DNA of 64,000 bases from Eledone cirrhosa (lineage: Eukaryota): contig OZ024758.1 of NCBI GenBank assembly GCA_964016885.1, positions 12,834,001 to 12,898,000 on the forward strand, given 5' to 3'. This document shows positions 61,149 through 64,000 of the stretch, piece after piece. The position numbers and the translations under genes were made by a program. The notes beneath the pieces were generated by a model. The model did no database searches, was not told where the DNA came from, and saw nothing but the letters and a program-made list of their open reading frames with translations. Numbering within the stretch: position 1 is the stretch's first letter; the number at the start of each line of letters is the position of its first letter.

Positions 61149-61770
61149 CAAATTACGTTACTGTGTTTAAAAAAAACACATCTGATAGTCCTGGTTTCTC
61201 TATACAAAGGAAATATACAGGATAACCATTCCTAGAGAACCTTTAATCAGTGGAATACTCAACCAGGATATCCTGAGGTTAAACAACAACAACAACAGCT
61301 TACAAGAAATAGCAACCAAATCTACCTCAAATTATACCATACCATCTTTTAAAAAGGAGGCATTGAGATTAATATAATCCTAGATATAGAGTATAATATT
61401 TGAACAAAAAAACACTCCGAGGTAGAAGTCATGTATAGAAGGTCTTTGATCACAGATCTGCTAGATCAAAGGTGACCTGGGGTTGAGTAACAACAACAAC
61501 AACAACTATAACAACAACCACGTATATAATCACAGCAGCTAAAACGAAACGTTCGAAAAAAAAAAAAGATCTCACGCTTTCATTACAGGAAGGACAAAAA
61601 TCTCCACAAAAGGTTTTTCTTTAAACATGGAAAGTATTTTCGGCCTCATGGAGCTGGTTTAATATTTCAATGAATTTCTAAATAAATCATTAAAAGTTAT
61701 CTTCTCAATCAAGATATTTCTCTCTTATCTGTGTCTTCTTCCAATTTTCTCGTCACTTTTTTCTCTCTCT

Positions 61771-61835
<65 letters not shown>

Positions 61836-62202
61836 CCGACCACTGAGTTTCTCTTTGCTCTCTATGTTCCCTTTGAAACGAATCAAGACAAGAGGCGATG
61901 TATGTTTTCCATCACATCTTCAGCGCTATCATCACCATCATCATCATCATCATCATCATCACCACCATAACCATCATCACCATCACCATCATCATCATAA
62001 TCATTATCATCATCATCATCATCATCAACTCTCTCACATACATACACACACAGCATATACCTATATAGATATGTGTGCTGCAGAGTGTGTATGTGTGTAT
62101 ATATGTATATATGTGTGTGTGAGTGTATGTGTGTATATGTATGTGTGTATGTGTATCTATATATTCATATGTTATATTCTGAGTATCTATGTGTATCTGT
62201 GC

Positions 62203-62295
<93 letters not shown>

Positions 62296-62306
62296 CAGAC
62301 ACACAT

Positions 62307-62411
<105 letters not shown>

Positions 62412-62424
62412 CATATATATATAT

Positions 62425-62521
<97 letters not shown>

Positions 62522-63094
62522 TATATATAAATATATATATATATGTCAGGGCTTTAATGCGTCTAATGTAATATTCCAAACCAAATTTCCTATCCCTATA
62601 TTCAACATTCTTGAAGCCTACAATTTCAAACTTCTTCGTTTCATCTGGTTGTTCTTATCTAAACCACAAAGTAAGCCAATTATTTCTCTACGACTCTACC
62701 ACAAAATGTCTTCAGTTCTGCTACGAGATAAAATATTTAGAAAATCACCTCATCTGTTTTTTTTTACTTTTAGTTATTGCAGAATATGTTAGGATCGAAA
62801 GCAGTTATCGCAGACACGGCATTACATCAGGTCCAATTTAAGGAAATACAAACGTCTAATCCTTCGGTGAGATCCACAATTTCAATCAGATGCACACGTA
62901 CACACACGCAGGCACATACACACACGCGTACACACACACAGGCACACAAACACACACACACACATATATATGTATATAGACACACGCATATCTGTATTGT
63001 TATTGTTACGCGATAGAATGTATAGCTCGGAAATCTGAGGCAGTACTTTTGTTCCGAGTAAGAATATAAATATATATCAATACACACACACACT

Positions 63095-63171
<77 letters not shown>

Positions 63172-63315
63172 TTACATACATATACATATATATATATACA
63201 CACATAGACTTACATATATATATATTTAAAAGTTAAACAAGATTCAATGAATAAATCAAAGAATGAGTTTTATATATATATACACACACACATATACTTA
63301 CATACATATACATAC

Positions 63316-63417
<102 letters not shown>

Positions 63418-63460
63418 GTGTATATATATATATATATGTATATATATGTAAGTATATGTT

Positions 63461-63518
<58 letters not shown>

Positions 63519-63665
63519 TATATATAAGATTATATTATATATTATATTATATTATATCATATTATATTGTATTATATTTTCGTCTTGAAATCTACTGTCA
63601 CCTCGGCTTTTCACAGATTTAAAGTGAAAATCCTGGAGAAGTTTTTATAAAGCCAGTAGCAGGTG

Positions 63666-63742
63666 AATCACAGGTAAACCACAGATAAATCACAGGTAGA
63701 TCACAAGTAGATCACAAGTAGATCACAAGTAGATCACAAGTG
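63666..63742. repeat. 11-bp tandem repeat TCACAAGTAGA
   Basis: Direct inspection. Confidence 0.85.
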
Positions 63743-64000
63743 ATCAATCCATATAATCCAATCTATTGATACATCATTTCCATACCATACACTTCTCATC
63801 ACTGTTTTATCTGTCGTCTTTACTTACTGCTGTGGTTCAGGAGAGATTCTTGGATTTCATTGGAATTACTGATAGAACGAACATAGAAAATGCTAAGGTT
63901 TCCCTGCTAGTACCGGAGTACCAGTTGTATCTCATTGTACTCAATAGGTAAGGTTATGTAAAAATCCCAGAGCAGACACAAAGTTATTTGCCTCAACACA

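Noticed and set aside
63830-63897. VVQERFLDFIGITDRT, resembling a hAT/ZMYM-type transposase fragment or a small exon
   Set aside because: Too short to support a call without a database search

Overview
AT-rich eukaryotic genomic DNA saturated with (TA)n, (CA)n, (ATGT)n and trinucleotide microsatellites; the repeat landscape suggests an animal, probably an octopus/coleoid cephalopod (inference). Nearly all ORFs in the track are microsatellite artefacts. The one host gene is a + strand, multi-exon Tbx20-class T-box gene with six recognisable coding exons (19064-26901). Its first two visible exons carry single-base frameshifts, probably consensus errors, and its N-terminal exon was not found. 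The rest is mobile DNA: two tRNA-derived SINE families, 5'-truncated RTE-like and CRE-like LINE ends, a hAT-like MITE, foldback elements and minisatellites. The most striking unannotated signal is a set of type I hammerhead ribozyme motifs from five unrelated sequence families (524, 21330/41650, 49237, 55515/61062, 60810). They lie in or next to (TA)n tracts, often in short or inverted-repeat elements resembling non-autonomous Penelope-like/retrozyme-like retroelements. A further multi-copy family carries only half a hammerhead. An intronic hairpin in Tbx20 also contains collinear copies of the gene's own T-box exon region.
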